From positions 1 through 57,894 of the forward strand of contig JAZRAL010000012.1 in assembly GCA_045634545.1 (NCBI GenBank): DNA of 57,894 nucleotides. Direction: 5' to 3'. Numbering within the stretch: the first letter of the stretch is position 1; the number at the start of each line of letters is the position of its first letter. This DNA comes from Alphaproteobacteria bacterium. Its GTDB lineage: Bacteria; Pseudomonadota; Alphaproteobacteria; RF32; CAG-239. The notes under the pieces are model-generated. The model did not search any database. It worked only from the letters and a program-made list of their open reading frames with translations, and was not told the origin of the DNA. Below are positions 1 to 10,842 of the stretch, in pieces. Position numbers and translations under genes: made by a program.

Positions 1-841
1 ATTGGTTAGGGTCAATATCTGCCACATTAGAGTTAATTTTTATATCACTAACTTTGTAGCGCTTACCTTCATCAATAGTAAATGTTAAAACAAAAGAAGT
101 TTTATCACGAGACAATTCAGCAATAGCAGATAATACTGCAAAATCTGCATAACCACGACTATTGTAAAAACGTCTCAATAACTCTTGGTCATAATTCATC
201 TTTTCTTTATCAAAAGATTCTGCACTAGAAAATAGTCTATACCAACGGCTTTCTTTACTCATGATTTCATTTTGTAAATCTTTGCCAGTGTAGTGTTTGT
301 TACCAATAAAGTTAATGGTATCAATTTTAGCTTCAGGACCTTCTTCAATTTCAAAAATCAAATCAACTCGGTTATCAGATTTTTTAATGATTTTAGGCTC
401 AACTTCTACGCCATAGCGTCCTGCTCTTTTATAAACATCAAGAATGCGTTGAACATCTTGTTGAACTTTAGCTTTACTAAATACAGAACGAGGTTGAGAT
501 TGAACTTCCGATTCTAAAATTTTATCATCAATTTTATTGTTACCATCAAAAGCTCTAACCCCAATCACTGGATTCTCTGTAACATTGATAACAAGAGTAT
601 TGCCTTTAGTGTCAAAGCTTACATCACTAAACAATCCAGTATCATATAATCTACGCAAAGCACTGTTTAGATCATCAGAAGAAACAACACTTCCTGTTTT
701 AATACCAGCATAAGAAAGAGCGGTTTCTTTTTCTACTCTTTGAAGCCCTGATATATCAATAGAGTTAACGATTTCCTGAGCCATAGCATTAGAGCAGATA
801 GACAATGCTAGCAATGAAATCCCTGTTAATTTTAACTTCAT
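1..841 (-). CDS. bamA: Outer membrane protein assembly factor BamA, 5' part (runs off window)
   Basis: Read manually: ATG at 841, signal peptide MKLKLTGISLLALSICSNAMA, POTRA-type sequence (GLQRVEKET...LYDTGLFSDVS...VTENP; FYNSRGYADF). Directly downstream of rseP. Confidence 0.93.
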   Translation of the reverse strand, partial: MKLKLTGISLLALSICSNAMAQEIVNSIDISGLQRVEKETALSYAGIKTGSVVSSDDLNSALRRLYDTGLFSDVSFDTKGNTLVINVTENPVIGVRAFDGNNKIDDKILESEVQSQPRSVFSKAKVQQDVQRILDVYKRAGRYGVEVEPKIIKKSDNRVDLIFEIEEGPEAKIDTINFIGNKHYTGKDLQNEIMSKESRWYRLFSSAESFDKEKMNYDQELLRRFYNSRGYADFAVLSAIAELSRDKTSFVLTFTIDEGKRYKVSDIKINSNVADIDPNQ

Positions 842-858
842 TTTTTAATCCCCAAAAG

Positions 859-1995
859 TTATTCAAACCAACGTTCAATAAGATGTTTTATATCATTCCA
901 TGTGGCAAAAACCATTAAAAACAAAATAAAACCAACACCTACTTTTAGCAAATATTCTTTTATTTTTGCATTAAGTTCACGTCTTGTTACTATTTCTAAC
1001 AAATAAAATACAACATGTCCACCATCAAGTAATGGGATTGGGAATAAGTTTATTAAACCCAAATTAATTGAAAGCAAAGCCATGAAAGATATAAAATCCC
1101 AAATGCCTCTAGATTTAGAAATATCGCCTGACATTTCTGCGATTCTTATAATGCCACCCACATCCTCACTTGATCGTTCTCCTCTTATAATTTGTCCGAG
1201 CCCACGCAAGGTCATATCAGTTACATTATACACTTCCAAAGCTGCTTTTTTTACAGATAATAAAAAGTTAAAATCGCTTTTGGCATCTTTAAAGCGTTTT
1301 GCTTCGCCTTTAATGCCAATCATTCTTCTTTTAATTGGCTTTTCTGTCTCGTCAAAAGCATATTCCATATCAACTAAAGGTACATTTATATTTATCTTTT
1401 CACCCTTTCTATCGATTAATAAATTAACATTATTATTAGATACGCTAACCTCTCTTGATATATCGGCCCATTCATTTATTTTTGTTCCATTAATCTCTAA
1501 GATTAGGTCATCTTTCATAATGCCAGCTTTTTCTGCAGGAGAGTCTTCAATAACGTCAGATACAACAGGAGGAATATCGTAACTGCCAATAAAGAAAAAT
1601 AATCCAAAAAATACAACAAAGGCAAAAAGATAATTAAAAAACGGTCCAGCAATTGCTATTGCTAATTTCTTTATGGGCTTTTGTGTTGCAAAAAGATGCT
1701 TTTGCTCTTCTTCGGAATATTTTGATAAATCAACTTCACTAGTGGAGGATGATTCGTCAGCATCACCCAAAAATTGGCAATAACCCCCAAGAGGTATTGC
1801 AGATATTTTCCAAACAGTTCCTTGCTTGTCTGTTACGCTCCATAGTTCTTTTCCAAATCCAATTGAAAAAGCGCTAACATTTACACCAAGTTTTCTTGCT
1901 ACAATAAAGTGTCCAAATTCATGAACAAAAACCAATACCCCTAATAAAACAATAAAAGGTACAACATAATGAATTGTGTTTAATAACCACTCCAT
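859..1995 (-). CDS. rseP: RIP metalloprotease RseP (M50 family, PDZ domain)
   Basis: HEFGH zinc motif, NLFPIPLLDGGH, PDZ-like middle region, conserved synteny. Confidence 0.95.
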   Translation of the reverse strand: MEWLLNTIHYVVPFIVLLGVLVFVHEFGHFIVARKLGVNVSAFSIGFGKELWSVTDKQGTVWKISAIPLGGYCQFLGDADESSSTSEVDLSKYSEEEQKHLFATQKPIKKLAIAIAGPFFNYLFAFVVFFGLFFFIGSYDIPPVVSDVIEDSPAEKAGIMKDDLILEINGTKINEWADISREVSVSNNNVNLLIDRKGEKININVPLVDMEYAFDETEKPIKRRMIGIKGEAKRFKDAKSDFNFLLSVKKAALEVYNVTDMTLRGLGQIIRGERSSEDVGGIIRIAEMSGDISKSRGIWDFISFMALLSINLGLINLFPIPLLDGGHVVFYLLEIVTRRELNAKIKEYLLKVGVGFILFLMVFATWNDIKHLIERWFE

Positions 1996-2018
1996 AATCT
2001 TTTATTTCCTTTATAAAA

Positions 2019-2858
2019 TTATTTGAAAGAAACCAATGAAAAGTAACAATAAATAATAGGCGCAGCAAAAATTAGCCCATCAATTCTATCAAAAACTCCA
2101 CCATGGCCAGGAATTAATGAACTGCTATCTTTAACACCTAAATAACGTTTTATTGACGATTCTACAAGGTCTCCTATTTGTGCAACAACAGCAATAAGAG
2201 CGCCTAAAAGTGCAAACTTGAATTGGTCACTGCTTGTAAGAATTATATCAAAAACTTTTCTAGTTACATACATATAAATCAAACTAACAGAAACAGATAG
2301 AATAACGCCTCCAATTAAGCCTGACCAAGTTTTGTTAGGGCTGATTTTGGGTGCAAGTTTTGGTCCCTTAAGAGAAGATCCAACAACATATCCTCCAATA
2401 TCAACACTCCAAACCATTAATATGAACCAAAGTGTCATTACAAAACTACCTTTTTCTCCAGGAATACTGCCAAAGGCGTCAAACAAAAAGTACATCCAAT
2501 ATAAAGCCCCAACGCCTATAGAAATATAAGGAGAACCTAGAGCTAACAAATATCGGTGTTCTTCATCGTTTGCTTTGAAAAATACAAATAAAGCACTAGC
2601 AAGTAGAGTAAAAAACAAAACAGTCCTATCAAATATCATTAATGAACATCCAAGTGCAAAAATATAACAAACAGCATATGTTGTAGGGCGTTTGTTAGGA
2701 ACCATTGTTGACCACTCCCAAGAAAGCATTGCTCCAACAATAAAGATAAGAATGTCAACATATGGATGACCAGAGCGAAGAGCTCCTATTGCAATAGGTA
2801 TCATAACAAGTGATGTTAAAACTCTCTTTTGCAAAGATGTTAGGTTAGTTTTTTCCAT
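2019..2858 (-). CDS. cdsA: Phosphatidate cytidylyltransferase
   Basis: ISPNKTWSG and KRYLGVKDSSSLIPGHGGVFDRIDG signatures. Confidence 0.96.
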   Translation of the reverse strand: MEKTNLTSLQKRVLTSLVMIPIAIGALRSGHPYVDILIFIVGAMLSWEWSTMVPNKRPTTYAVCYIFALGCSLMIFDRTVLFFTLLASALFVFFKANDEEHRYLLALGSPYISIGVGALYWMYFLFDAFGSIPGEKGSFVMTLWFILMVWSVDIGGYVVGSSLKGPKLAPKISPNKTWSGLIGGVILSVSVSLIYMYVTRKVFDIILTSSDQFKFALLGALIAVVAQIGDLVESSIKRYLGVKDSSSLIPGHGGVFDRIDGLIFAAPIIYCYFSLVSFK

Positions 2859-3552
2859 ATCTTCTCTCCCTATTATTAAATTGTTCGATAATAGCCATTA
2901 ATTCATCTTTATTAAAGTCTGGCCATAATGTGTTGGTGAAAAATAATTCAGTGTAAGCAAGTTGCCACAAAAGATAATTGCTAATTCTTTGTTCGCCACT
3001 GGTCCTAATTAGAATATCAGGGTCCGGAATATCTTTTGTATAAAGATTGTTTGAAATCAAATCAAAAGAAATATCATCTAAACTTATCTCGTTATTTGCA
3101 TAAGCTTTTGCTATATTTTTTGTCGCATTTACGATTTCGTGTCTAGAACCATAAGAAAGTGCAATACACAATGTTAAATCAGTGTTGTCTTTAGATGCGT
3201 TTTCTAGATACTCAATTTTTTCTTTAATGTCATCAGATAGCATATATCTTTCGCCAATAAATACAAGTTTAACGTTGTTATCCATAATCTCTTTAAACTC
3301 TTTATCGAGATATTCTCTAAGTAAATCCATTAAAGCTTTTACTTCATCTTCAGACCTTTGCCAGTTTTCAGTAGAAAAGGCATATAGTGTTAAATACTTT
3401 ACGCCAGATTCTTTCATTGCTCTAGTTATATTAACAACATTTTCAGCACCTTTTTTGTGACCAAAAGTTCTAGGCATTCCTCTTTTTTTTGCCCATCTAC
3501 CATTACCATCCATAATGATGGCGATATGCTTGCACGAATTATCCTTAATCAT
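2845..3552 (-). CDS. uppS: Undecaprenyl diphosphate synthase
   Basis: HIAIIMDGNGRWA, YAFSTENW, IRTSGEQRISNYLLWQ. Confidence 0.97.
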   Translation of the reverse strand: MIKDNSCKHIAIIMDGNGRWAKKRGMPRTFGHKKGAENVVNITRAMKESGVKYLTLYAFSTENWQRSEDEVKALMDLLREYLDKEFKEIMDNNVKLVFIGERYMLSDDIKEKIEYLENASKDNTDLTLCIALSYGSRHEIVNATKNIAKAYANNEISLDDISFDLISNNLYTKDIPDPDILIRTSGEQRISNYLLWQLAYTELFFTNTLWPDFNKDELMAIIEQFNNRERRYGKN

Positions 3553-3557
3553 AATAA

Positions 3558-4121
3558 CTACACTTGCAAAATGTCTTTTTCTTTCTGAGCTAATAGGTCA
3601 TCAATTTTTTTGATGGATTCGTCAGTTAGTTTTTGAATTTCGTTGCCATATTTCTTTTCATCATCTTCAGAAATTAGGTTGTCTTTTTTTAATTTTTTTA
3701 CTTCATCTAAAGCATCTCTTCTGATGTTTCTAATTGCTATTTTGTTTTGTTCTGCATATTTACCAGCAATTTTTACAAGCTCTTTTCTTCTTTCTTCAGA
3801 AAGAGGAGGAATAGGAATACGGATTAGCTGACCATCAGAAACAGGGTTTAAGCCTAAATCGGATTCTCTTAAAGCTTTTTCAACAGATTTAGCTAATCCC
3901 TTATCCCAAACGCTAACAGATAATGTTCTAGCATCAGGCACGCTAATTGTACCAACTTGAGCAATAGGAGTAGGGCTGCCATAAGCTTCAACCATAATAT
4001 TGTCTAATAAGCTTGCATGAGCTCTTCCTGCTCTCAAACCACCAAAATCATTTCTTAGAGTGTCGAGAGTTTTTTCCATGCGTTCAATAGTGTCTTTTTT
4101 TATTTCATTAAAATCAGTCAT
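3558..4121 (-). CDS. frr: Ribosome recycling factor
   Basis: LRAGRA, IPPLSEERRKEL, IRNIRRDA. Confidence 0.97.
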   Translation of the reverse strand: MTDFNEIKKDTIERMEKTLDTLRNDFGGLRAGRAHASLLDNIMVEAYGSPTPIAQVGTISVPDARTLSVSVWDKGLAKSVEKALRESDLGLNPVSDGQLIRIPIPPLSEERRKELVKIAGKYAEQNKIAIRNIRRDALDEVKKLKKDNLISEDDEKKYGNEIQKLTDESIKKIDDLLAQKEKDILQV

Positions 4122-4127
4122 GTTGCC

Positions 4128-4838
4128 TCACTTAATTGTTGTAAAGTTACTCTTTTTCTTTAGCGCATTAGAAAGAGAGTCTACAGATTCTTGTTTGAAT
4201 ATAACAATTTCCAAATTGTTTTCTCTAGCCATAGATATAGCCGTCATATCCATAACTTTTAGTTCTTTTTCTATAACTTCATCATAAGATACTGTTTCGT
4301 ATCTTTTTGCGTTAGGATTCTTTTTAGGGTCGCTATCATAAACACCGTCAACTTGAGTTGCCTTAAATAGTGCATCACAGTTTGTTTCTAAAGCTCTAAG
4401 GGTTGCTCCTGTATCTGTTGTAAAATATGGGTTACCTGTACCACCTGCAAAAATGATTACATATCCTTTGCTGAGCAATTCTTGTGCTCTTCTATATGAA
4501 TATCTTTCAACAATTTGTGGTGCATCAACACCAGATAATATTTCGCAATTAATTCCTTTTGCAATAAGTGCACTTTTTAAGAATAGGGCATTAATAATAG
4601 TTGCGAGCATTCCTGCTTGGTCAGCAATAGAACGGTCTACATATTTGTTTTTATTATTCACCCCTCTATAAAAATTTCCACCACCAATAACAATGCATAA
4701 TTCAATTTTTTTACTATGAACTTTTTTAATGCTATCGGTTACCATAGATAATACATTTTCATCAATACCAAAAGCTTGGGTACCCATTAAGCCTTCGCCA
4801 GAAAGTTTTAAAAGTATTCTCTTATAAGTTTTGCTCAT
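4128..4838 (-). CDS. pyrH: UMP kinase
   Basis: RILLKLSGE, GGGN, GTGNPYFTTD, DGVYDSDP. Confidence 0.96.
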   Translation of the reverse strand: MSKTYKRILLKLSGEGLMGTQAFGIDENVLSMVTDSIKKVHSKKIELCIVIGGGNFYRGVNNKNKYVDRSIADQAGMLATIINALFLKSALIAKGINCEILSGVDAPQIVERYSYRRAQELLSKGYVIIFAGGTGNPYFTTDTGATLRALETNCDALFKATQVDGVYDSDPKKNPNAKRYETVSYDEVIEKELKVMDMTAISMARENNLEIVIFKQESVDSLSNALKKKSNFTTIK

Positions 4839-5015
4839 AACAATCCCTTTGCCTAAAAACTATTCGCTACCATATTAATCAATTAATTAATTTTGTCATT
4901 ATTTTTTTTATCAAAAATGTGTAAATAAGGATAAATATACAATTAATTACAAAACTAGTTGAATTTTTGAATGATTTATATATTATTACCCCAAATGAAC
5001 TTTAGGAGAAAAGAT

Positions 5016-5642
5016 ATGTCATCAGAACAGATTTATATTATTAGTGCTTTATTTGGTTATTTGATTGGGTCGATTCCTTTTGGTCTTATATTAACTCGTA
5101 TGGCAGGTTATGGAGATATCAGAAAAATCGGTTCCGGTAACATTGGTGCTACCAATGTTTTAAGAACAGGTAACAAAAAATTAGCGCTATTAACTGTTTT
5201 GTGTGATGCTTTTAAGGCAGGTATTGCAGCATTTGTTGCAGGTAAGGTTTTTTCAGGTGATCATTCTGTTCTTGCATCATTAATTGCTGGTGCGTCAGGT
5301 GTCCTTGGTCACAACTTTCCTGTGTGGTTAAAGTTTAAAGGTGGTAAAGGCGTTGCTTCAACATTTGGTTTTATTTTGATGACTTGTTGGCCTCTTGCTG
5401 TAATTGCTTTAGTTATATGGTTAGCAATGGCGTTCACATTTAAATATTCTTCTCTATCAGCTTTAACTGCCGCAGCTCTAGTTCCATTTGCAGCATATTT
5501 TATAGCTCCATCTTGTGAATATACATATGTGTACACAGCAATTGCTATCTTGGTAATAGTTCGTCACCATGCAAATATCAGAAGATTGTTAAAAGGTGAA
5601 GAAAGCAAAATTAAACTAAAAAAAGAAGAAAAAAGTGCATAA
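5016..5642 (+). CDS. plsY: Glycerol-3-phosphate acyltransferase PlsY
   Basis: YLIGSIPFG, GSGNIGATNVLR, GHNFPVWLKFKGGKGVA. Start moved to ATG 5016, which follows an AGGAG RBS. Confidence 0.95.
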   Translation: MSSEQIYIISALFGYLIGSIPFGLILTRMAGYGDIRKIGSGNIGATNVLRTGNKKLALLTVLCDAFKAGIAAFVAGKVFSGDHSVLASLIAGASGVLGHNFPVWLKFKGGKGVASTFGFILMTCWPLAVIALVIWLAMAFTFKYSSLSALTAAALVPFAAYFIAPSCEYTYVYTAIAILVIVRHHANIRRLLKGEESKIKLKKEEKSA

Positions 5643-6741
5643 AGAAAGAATAATATCATATATTCAGCTAATAAACACATCAGGTATCGGTCCTATAAGT
5701 TTCAAAAAGTTGATGAACCAATATCAAGATGTAGATAAGGCTCTATCAGAGCTCTCTCAAAAAAGAGAGCTCTTTAGTCGTAAAAAGGCAGAAGAAGAGC
5801 TTATGAAAGCTGAGATAAAAGGTGTTAAAATTATCACCTTAGAAGACGAGTATTATCCATACAACTTAAAGCAAATAGAAGATTGTCCACCAGTACTCTA
5901 TGCGCTAGGAAATATTAAGCTATTAAAGGATGATAATGCTCTAGCAGTTGTTGGCTCAAGAAGTGCATCTTTAGGTGCAACCAAAATGGCAAAAAACATT
6001 TCAGCTGAGCTTTCAAAATCAGGTATAACAATTGTTTCTGGTCTAGCAAGAGGAATAGATGCTCTTTCGCATGAAGGTGCATTAAGTGTAGGCGGAAATA
6101 CAATCGCCGTACTTGGCACGGGGGTAGATGTTGTTTATCCAAAAGAAAATGATTCTTTATATAAACAAATATCACAAAAAGGTTTAATCATATCAGATTA
6201 TCTATTAGGAACAAAACCACAAGCATCAAATTTTCCTCGTCGCAATCGCATAGTTTCCGGTTTGAGTAAAGGTGTTTTAGTTGTAGAAGCAGGAGTGAAA
6301 TCTGGTTCATTAATTACCGCAAATCTTGCTCTAGAACAAGGAAGAGATGTTTATGCTATTCCAGGAGCGCCATTTGATGGTAGAACATCAGGTTGTAACA
6401 AATTACTAAAAGATGGAGCAATCTTTGTTGAAACTTATAAAGACATCTTAGATAACTTTTGTTTTACACCAAAAGAATTTGTTTCAACCAAACCTAAAAA
6501 AATTGAAACAACAGAATTATTTGAATATTCGCTTGACAATAACAAAATTAATTCAGATAGTGCAAGCAATGTTGATTCTGATTCTGTGCTATTATCATTA
6601 TTGTCAGAAACAGGTGTTGATATAGATGAGCTAATTCGCCAAATATCCGCTCCTGCAGAAGATGTTTTGATGCAAATAATGGAATTAGAACTAGAGGGAA
6701 AAGTTGTTCGTCTTCCGGGCAATAAAATAGCTAAAGCTTAA
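5635..6741 (+). CDS. dprA: DNA-processing protein DprA
   Basis: AVVGSR, IVSGLARGID, FPRRNRIVSGLS, SGSLITA; C-terminal winged-helix-like segment. Confidence 0.95.
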   Translation: MHKERIISYIQLINTSGIGPISFKKLMNQYQDVDKALSELSQKRELFSRKKAEEELMKAEIKGVKIITLEDEYYPYNLKQIEDCPPVLYALGNIKLLKDDNALAVVGSRSASLGATKMAKNISAELSKSGITIVSGLARGIDALSHEGALSVGGNTIAVLGTGVDVVYPKENDSLYKQISQKGLIISDYLLGTKPQASNFPRRNRIVSGLSKGVLVVEAGVKSGSLITANLALEQGRDVYAIPGAPFDGRTSGCNKLLKDGAIFVETYKDILDNFCFTPKEFVSTKPKKIETTELFEYSLDNNKINSDSASNVDSDSVLLSLLSETGVDIDELIRQISAPAEDVLMQIMELELEGKVVRLPGNKIAKA

Positions 6742-6754
6742 AGGGTTATGAGAA

Positions 6755-9208
6755 ATGAAATTAGTTGTAGTAGAGTCACCAGCAAAAGCCAAAACAATTA
6801 ATAAATACCTTGGTAAAGATTATAAAGTTTTAGCAAGTTACGGACATATTCGTGACCTTCCAAGTAAAGATGGTTCAGTTGACCCAAACGAAGATTTTAA
6901 AATGGTTTGGGAGTTAAGCTCTGGCGGTAAAAAACGCTTGACCGATATAATGACATCTCTTAAAGATTGTGATACGTTAGTCCTCGCATCCGACCCGGAT
7001 AGAGAAGGAGAAGCCATTGCTTGGCACATCTTAGAAGAATTGCATTCAAAAAAGAAGTTAAAAGACAAAAAAATCGAACGTGTAGTCTTTCATGAAATAA
7101 CCAAAAATGCTGTAACAGATGCAATTAAAAATCCTCGTCAAATAGATGATAATTTAGTATCTGCATACATGGCACGTCGTGCATTAGACTATTTAGTAGG
7201 ATTTACATTATCGCCAGTATTATGGCGTAAACTTCCAGGTTCAAAATCAGCTGGTCGTGTTCAATCAGTTGCTCTTCGTTTAATCTGCGAAAGAGAAATG
7301 GAAATAGAAAAATTTAAACCAGAGGAATACTGGACAATAGATGTAGATTTAGGCACAAAAACAGATGCTTTAATTCCATCACATTTAATAAATTTAGATG
7401 GCAAAAAATTAGAAAAGTTTGATATCAATACAAAAGAAAAAGCAGATATAGCAAAAGCAAAAATTGAATCAGCAGATTTTGAGATAGCAAAGATTGAGCG
7501 CAAAAAAGCAAATCGTTATCCTGCTCCTCCGTTTACAACATCAACTCTTCAACAAGAGGCGGCACGTAAACTTCGATTTCCTGCTAAAAAGACAATGCAA
7601 GTTGCTCAAAAGCTTTATGAATCAGGTTTTATTACCTATATGAGAACAGACGCTGTAAACTTATCAGCAGAAGCAATCGCATCATGTCGTGAAGCAATCA
7701 AAAAATACTTTGGTGAAGACTATCTTCCAAAGCAACCAAAAGAATACAAAACCAAATCCAAAAATGCTCAAGAAGCTCACGAGGCAATTCGTCCAGCAGA
7801 TATAATGAATACTCCAAAGAAAATGGAAGAAAAGCTTGATGCAGATTCTCATAAGCTTTACGAACTTATTTGGAAGCGTACGGTTGCCTGCCAAATGGAG
7901 CCAGCTGTAATGGATAGAGTTGTTATCGATTCTATTTCAAAAGATAAACAAATTTTACTTCGTGCCAATGGTCAAGTAATAGCGTTTGACGGTTTCTTAA
8001 AACTTTACCAAGAAGGTAAAGATGATGCAGATGATGATGACGAAAATAGACTTCTTCCAAACGTAGAAGTTGGTGAAGCTGTTTCTAAAAAAGCTATCAA
8101 GCCAGAACAACACTTCACAACTCCACCTCCACGTTTTACTGAAGCAAGTTTAGTTAAAAAACTAGAAGAATTAGGTATTGGTCGTCCATCAACATATGCT
8201 TCAATTATCGCTGTTCTTCAAGAGCGTAAATACGTTAAGGTAGAAAAGCTTCGCTTCATACCAGAAGATAGAGGTCGTATCGTAACTATCTTCTTAGAAA
8301 ACTATTTCAAAAAATATGTTGAATATGATTTTACTGCTCAAATGGAAGAATTTCTAGATGATGTTTCAGCCGGTTCAATGGAGTGGAAAAAACTCCTAAC
8401 AGGTTTCTGGACTAAGTTTAATAATAACATACAAGCAGTACAACCACTTCAAGTAAGCGAAGTTATCGATAAAATTGATGAGGTTTTAGCTTATCACCTT
8501 TTCCCAGAAAAAGAAGATGGCTCAGATCCTCGTTTGTGTCCAGAATGTGGTAAAGGTCATTTAAGTATCAAGCTAGGTAAATTTGGTGCATTTTTAGGTT
8601 GTTCAAATTATCCTGAGTGCAAATATACAATGCCTCTAACAGATGTTAAGGATGAGGAAGAAAGTGCAACAGAAAAAGCTCCAAATCCAGAAGATAAATT
8701 ACTTGGAGAGCATCAAGGATTGAATGTTTATCTCAAAAAAGGACCTTATGGTTTTTACATTCAATTAGGAGAAGATGCAACAGCGTTAACAGAAAAACCA
8801 AAGCGCATAGCTCTACCAAAATTCCTTGCGCCAGAAGATGTAACTTTTGAGCATGCAGACACACTTGTTAGTCTTCCAAAAGACGTCGGAAACGGCATAA
8901 CAGTTAATATTGGAAAGTTTGGTCCATACATCAAACAAGGTAATAAATCTCGCTCATTAACAGGTAATGATAATATCTTTAACATCACACAAGAAAGAGC
9001 AGAAGAGTTGCTTCAAAATGTTACAGAAAAGCCAGAGGCAAAATCACTTGGTCAACATCCAAAATTAAAAGCAGATATTTTGCTAGCAACAGGTCGCTAT
9101 GGCGAGTACTTAAAGTGTGGTAAAAATAACTATCGCATACCAAAAGGAGTGGTAACCAAAGACCTAACTTTTGAAGAAGCAGTAAAAATAATAGATAGCG
9201 CAAAATAA
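6755..9208 (+). CDS. topA: DNA topoisomerase I
   Basis: VESPAKAKTI, DPDREGEAIAWH, SAGRVQS, ITYMRTD, one zinc ribbon (CPECG...CSNYPEC) and C-terminal GxYG/FG repeats. Confidence 0.97.
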   Translation: MKLVVVESPAKAKTINKYLGKDYKVLASYGHIRDLPSKDGSVDPNEDFKMVWELSSGGKKRLTDIMTSLKDCDTLVLASDPDREGEAIAWHILEELHSKKKLKDKKIERVVFHEITKNAVTDAIKNPRQIDDNLVSAYMARRALDYLVGFTLSPVLWRKLPGSKSAGRVQSVALRLICEREMEIEKFKPEEYWTIDVDLGTKTDALIPSHLINLDGKKLEKFDINTKEKADIAKAKIESADFEIAKIERKKANRYPAPPFTTSTLQQEAARKLRFPAKKTMQVAQKLYESGFITYMRTDAVNLSAEAIASCREAIKKYFGEDYLPKQPKEYKTKSKNAQEAHEAIRPADIMNTPKKMEEKLDADSHKLYELIWKRTVACQMEPAVMDRVVIDSISKDKQILLRANGQVIAFDGFLKLYQEGKDDADDDDENRLLPNVEVGEAVSKKAIKPEQHFTTPPPRFTEASLVKKLEELGIGRPSTYASIIAVLQERKYVKVEKLRFIPEDRGRIVTIFLENYFKKYVEYDFTAQMEEFLDDVSAGSMEWKKLLTGFWTKFNNNIQAVQPLQVSEVIDKIDEVLAYHLFPEKEDGSDPRLCPECGKGHLSIKLGKFGAFLGCSNYPECKYTMPLTDVKDEEESATEKAPNPEDKLLGEHQGLNVYLKKGPYGFYIQLGEDATALTEKPKRIALPKFLAPEDVTFEHADTLVSLPKDVGNGITVNIGKFGPYIKQGNKSRSLTGNDNIFNITQERAEELLQNVTEKPEAKSLGQHPKLKADILLATGRYGEYLKCGKNNYRIPKGVVTKDLTFEEAVKIIDSAK

Positions 9209-9212
9209 AAAT

Positions 9213-9239
9213 AAAAGCACCAACTTCGGTGCTTTTTTT
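9213..9239. terminator. Bidirectional intrinsic terminator between topA and sufB
   Basis: aaaagcacc-aacttc-ggtgctttttt hairpin flanked by A and T tracts, between convergent genes. Confidence 0.8.
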
Positions 9240-9256
9240 ATTTCAAAATTTCATCT

Positions 9257-10702
9257 CTACCCCACGCTTCCCTCAAGCGAAATCTCAATAAGTTTCGTTG
9301 CCTCAATAGCAAATTCCATTGGCAACTTTTGCATAACTTCTTTGCAAAAACCATTAACAATGAGCCCTACAGCATCTTCTTCATCAAGTCCTCTTTGTTT
9401 GCAATAAAAAAGTTGCTCATCACTAATTTTAGAAGTAGTAGCCTCGTGTTCCAAAATTGCACTTTTAGAGGCATTTTCAATATAAGGCACAGTATGAGAG
9501 CCACAGGTTGTACCAATAAGCAAGCTATCGCATTGTGAATAGTTGCGAGCATTACTAGCTTTTTTAGCAACCTTAACAAGGCCTCTATATGTTTGATCAG
9601 AAAAACCGGCTGATATTCCCTTAGATATAATTCTAGAACTGGTATTTTTCCCTAAATGAATCATCTTAGTACCAGTATCAGCTTGCTGATAATTATTTGT
9701 TAATGCAACAGAATAAAACTCGCCTTTAGAACCGTCCCCTTTTAATACGCAAGACGGGTACTTCCAGGTAACGGCCGAACCAGTTTCCACTTGTGTCCAA
9801 GAAACTTTAGAGTTTTCACCATCACAAAGCGCTCTTTTAGTAACAAAGTTATAAACACCGCCTTTACCTTCTTTATCTCCAGGATACCAGTTTTGAACGG
9901 TAGAATATTTAACTTCAGCATCTTTATGAATAAAAATTTCAACAATCGCCGCATGAAGTTGGTTTTCATCTCTTTGAGGAGCAGTGCATCCCTCGAGATA
10001 AGAAACATAACTTCCCTCATCAGCAATGATAAGAGTTCTTTCAAATTGCCCTGTATTTTTAGCATTGATACGGAAATAAGTAGATAATTCCATCGGGCAC
10101 TTAACCCCTTTAGGGATATAAACAAAACTACCATCAGTAAACACAGCCGAATTTAGCGCCGCAAAAAAATTATCAGTATAAGGAACAACAGAACCTAAAT
10201 ATTTTTTTACCAAATCAGGATACTCTTTAACCGCTTCAGAAATAGAGCAAAAAATAACCCCGTGTTTTTTAAGTTGAGCCTTATAAGTAGTTGCCACAGA
10301 AACACTATCAAATACCGCATCAACCGCCACAACTCCTGCCAAAACTTCTTGTTCTTTAAGCGGAATTCCTAGTTTGTTATATGTTTCAAGAAGTTTAGGA
10401 TCAACTTCATCTAAACTTTGTGGTGCAACCTTTTGTTTTGGTGCAGAGTAATAGTATAAATCTTGATAATCAATCTTGTCATACTTAACTTTTGCCCATG
10501 TTGGCTCAGTCATTGTTTGCCATTTTCTAAAGGCTTTTAACCTAGCTTCAAGCAACCACTCAGGCTCATCTTTTTTTTGAGAAATAAGCTTAATAATATC
10601 TTCATTTAATCCTTTTGGTACAACTTCAGAATCAATGTCAGTTACAAATCCAAATTTGTAATTTTCACCGCTTTCATCAATTATTTCAGGTTTATTTCCC
10701 AT
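9257..10702 (-). CDS. sufB: Fe-S cluster assembly protein SufB
   Basis: [58 protein letters not shown]. Confidence 0.97.
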   Translation of the reverse strand: MGNKPEIIDESGENYKFGFVTDIDSEVVPKGLNEDIIKLISQKKDEPEWLLEARLKAFRKWQTMTEPTWAKVKYDKIDYQDLYYYSAPKQKVAPQSLDEVDPKLLETYNKLGIPLKEQEVLAGVVAVDAVFDSVSVATTYKAQLKKHGVIFCSISEAVKEYPDLVKKYLGSVVPYTDNFFAALNSAVFTDGSFVYIPKGVKCPMELSTYFRINAKNTGQFERTLIIADEGSYVSYLEGCTAPQRDENQLHAAIVEIFIHKDAEVKYSTVQNWYPGDKEGKGGVYNFVTKRALCDGENSKVSWTQVETGSAVTWKYPSCVLKGDGSKGEFYSVALTNNYQQADTGTKMIHLGKNTSSRIISKGISAGFSDQTYRGLVKVAKKASNARNYSQCDSLLIGTTCGSHTVPYIENASKSAILEHEATTSKISDEQLFYCKQRGLDEEDAVGLIVNGFCKEVMQKLPMEFAIEATKLIEISLEGSVG

Positions 10703-10842
10703 TATTATAAATTCCTCAATTAAATAATGCTAACTTATAGAGTAATCAAATATAAAAATCAAGCAACTAAATTAAGCTTTTTAACGATTATTTAGGTATT
10801 TAGTATTAAATTAAAAATAATAACAATAACAAAGGAATATAT

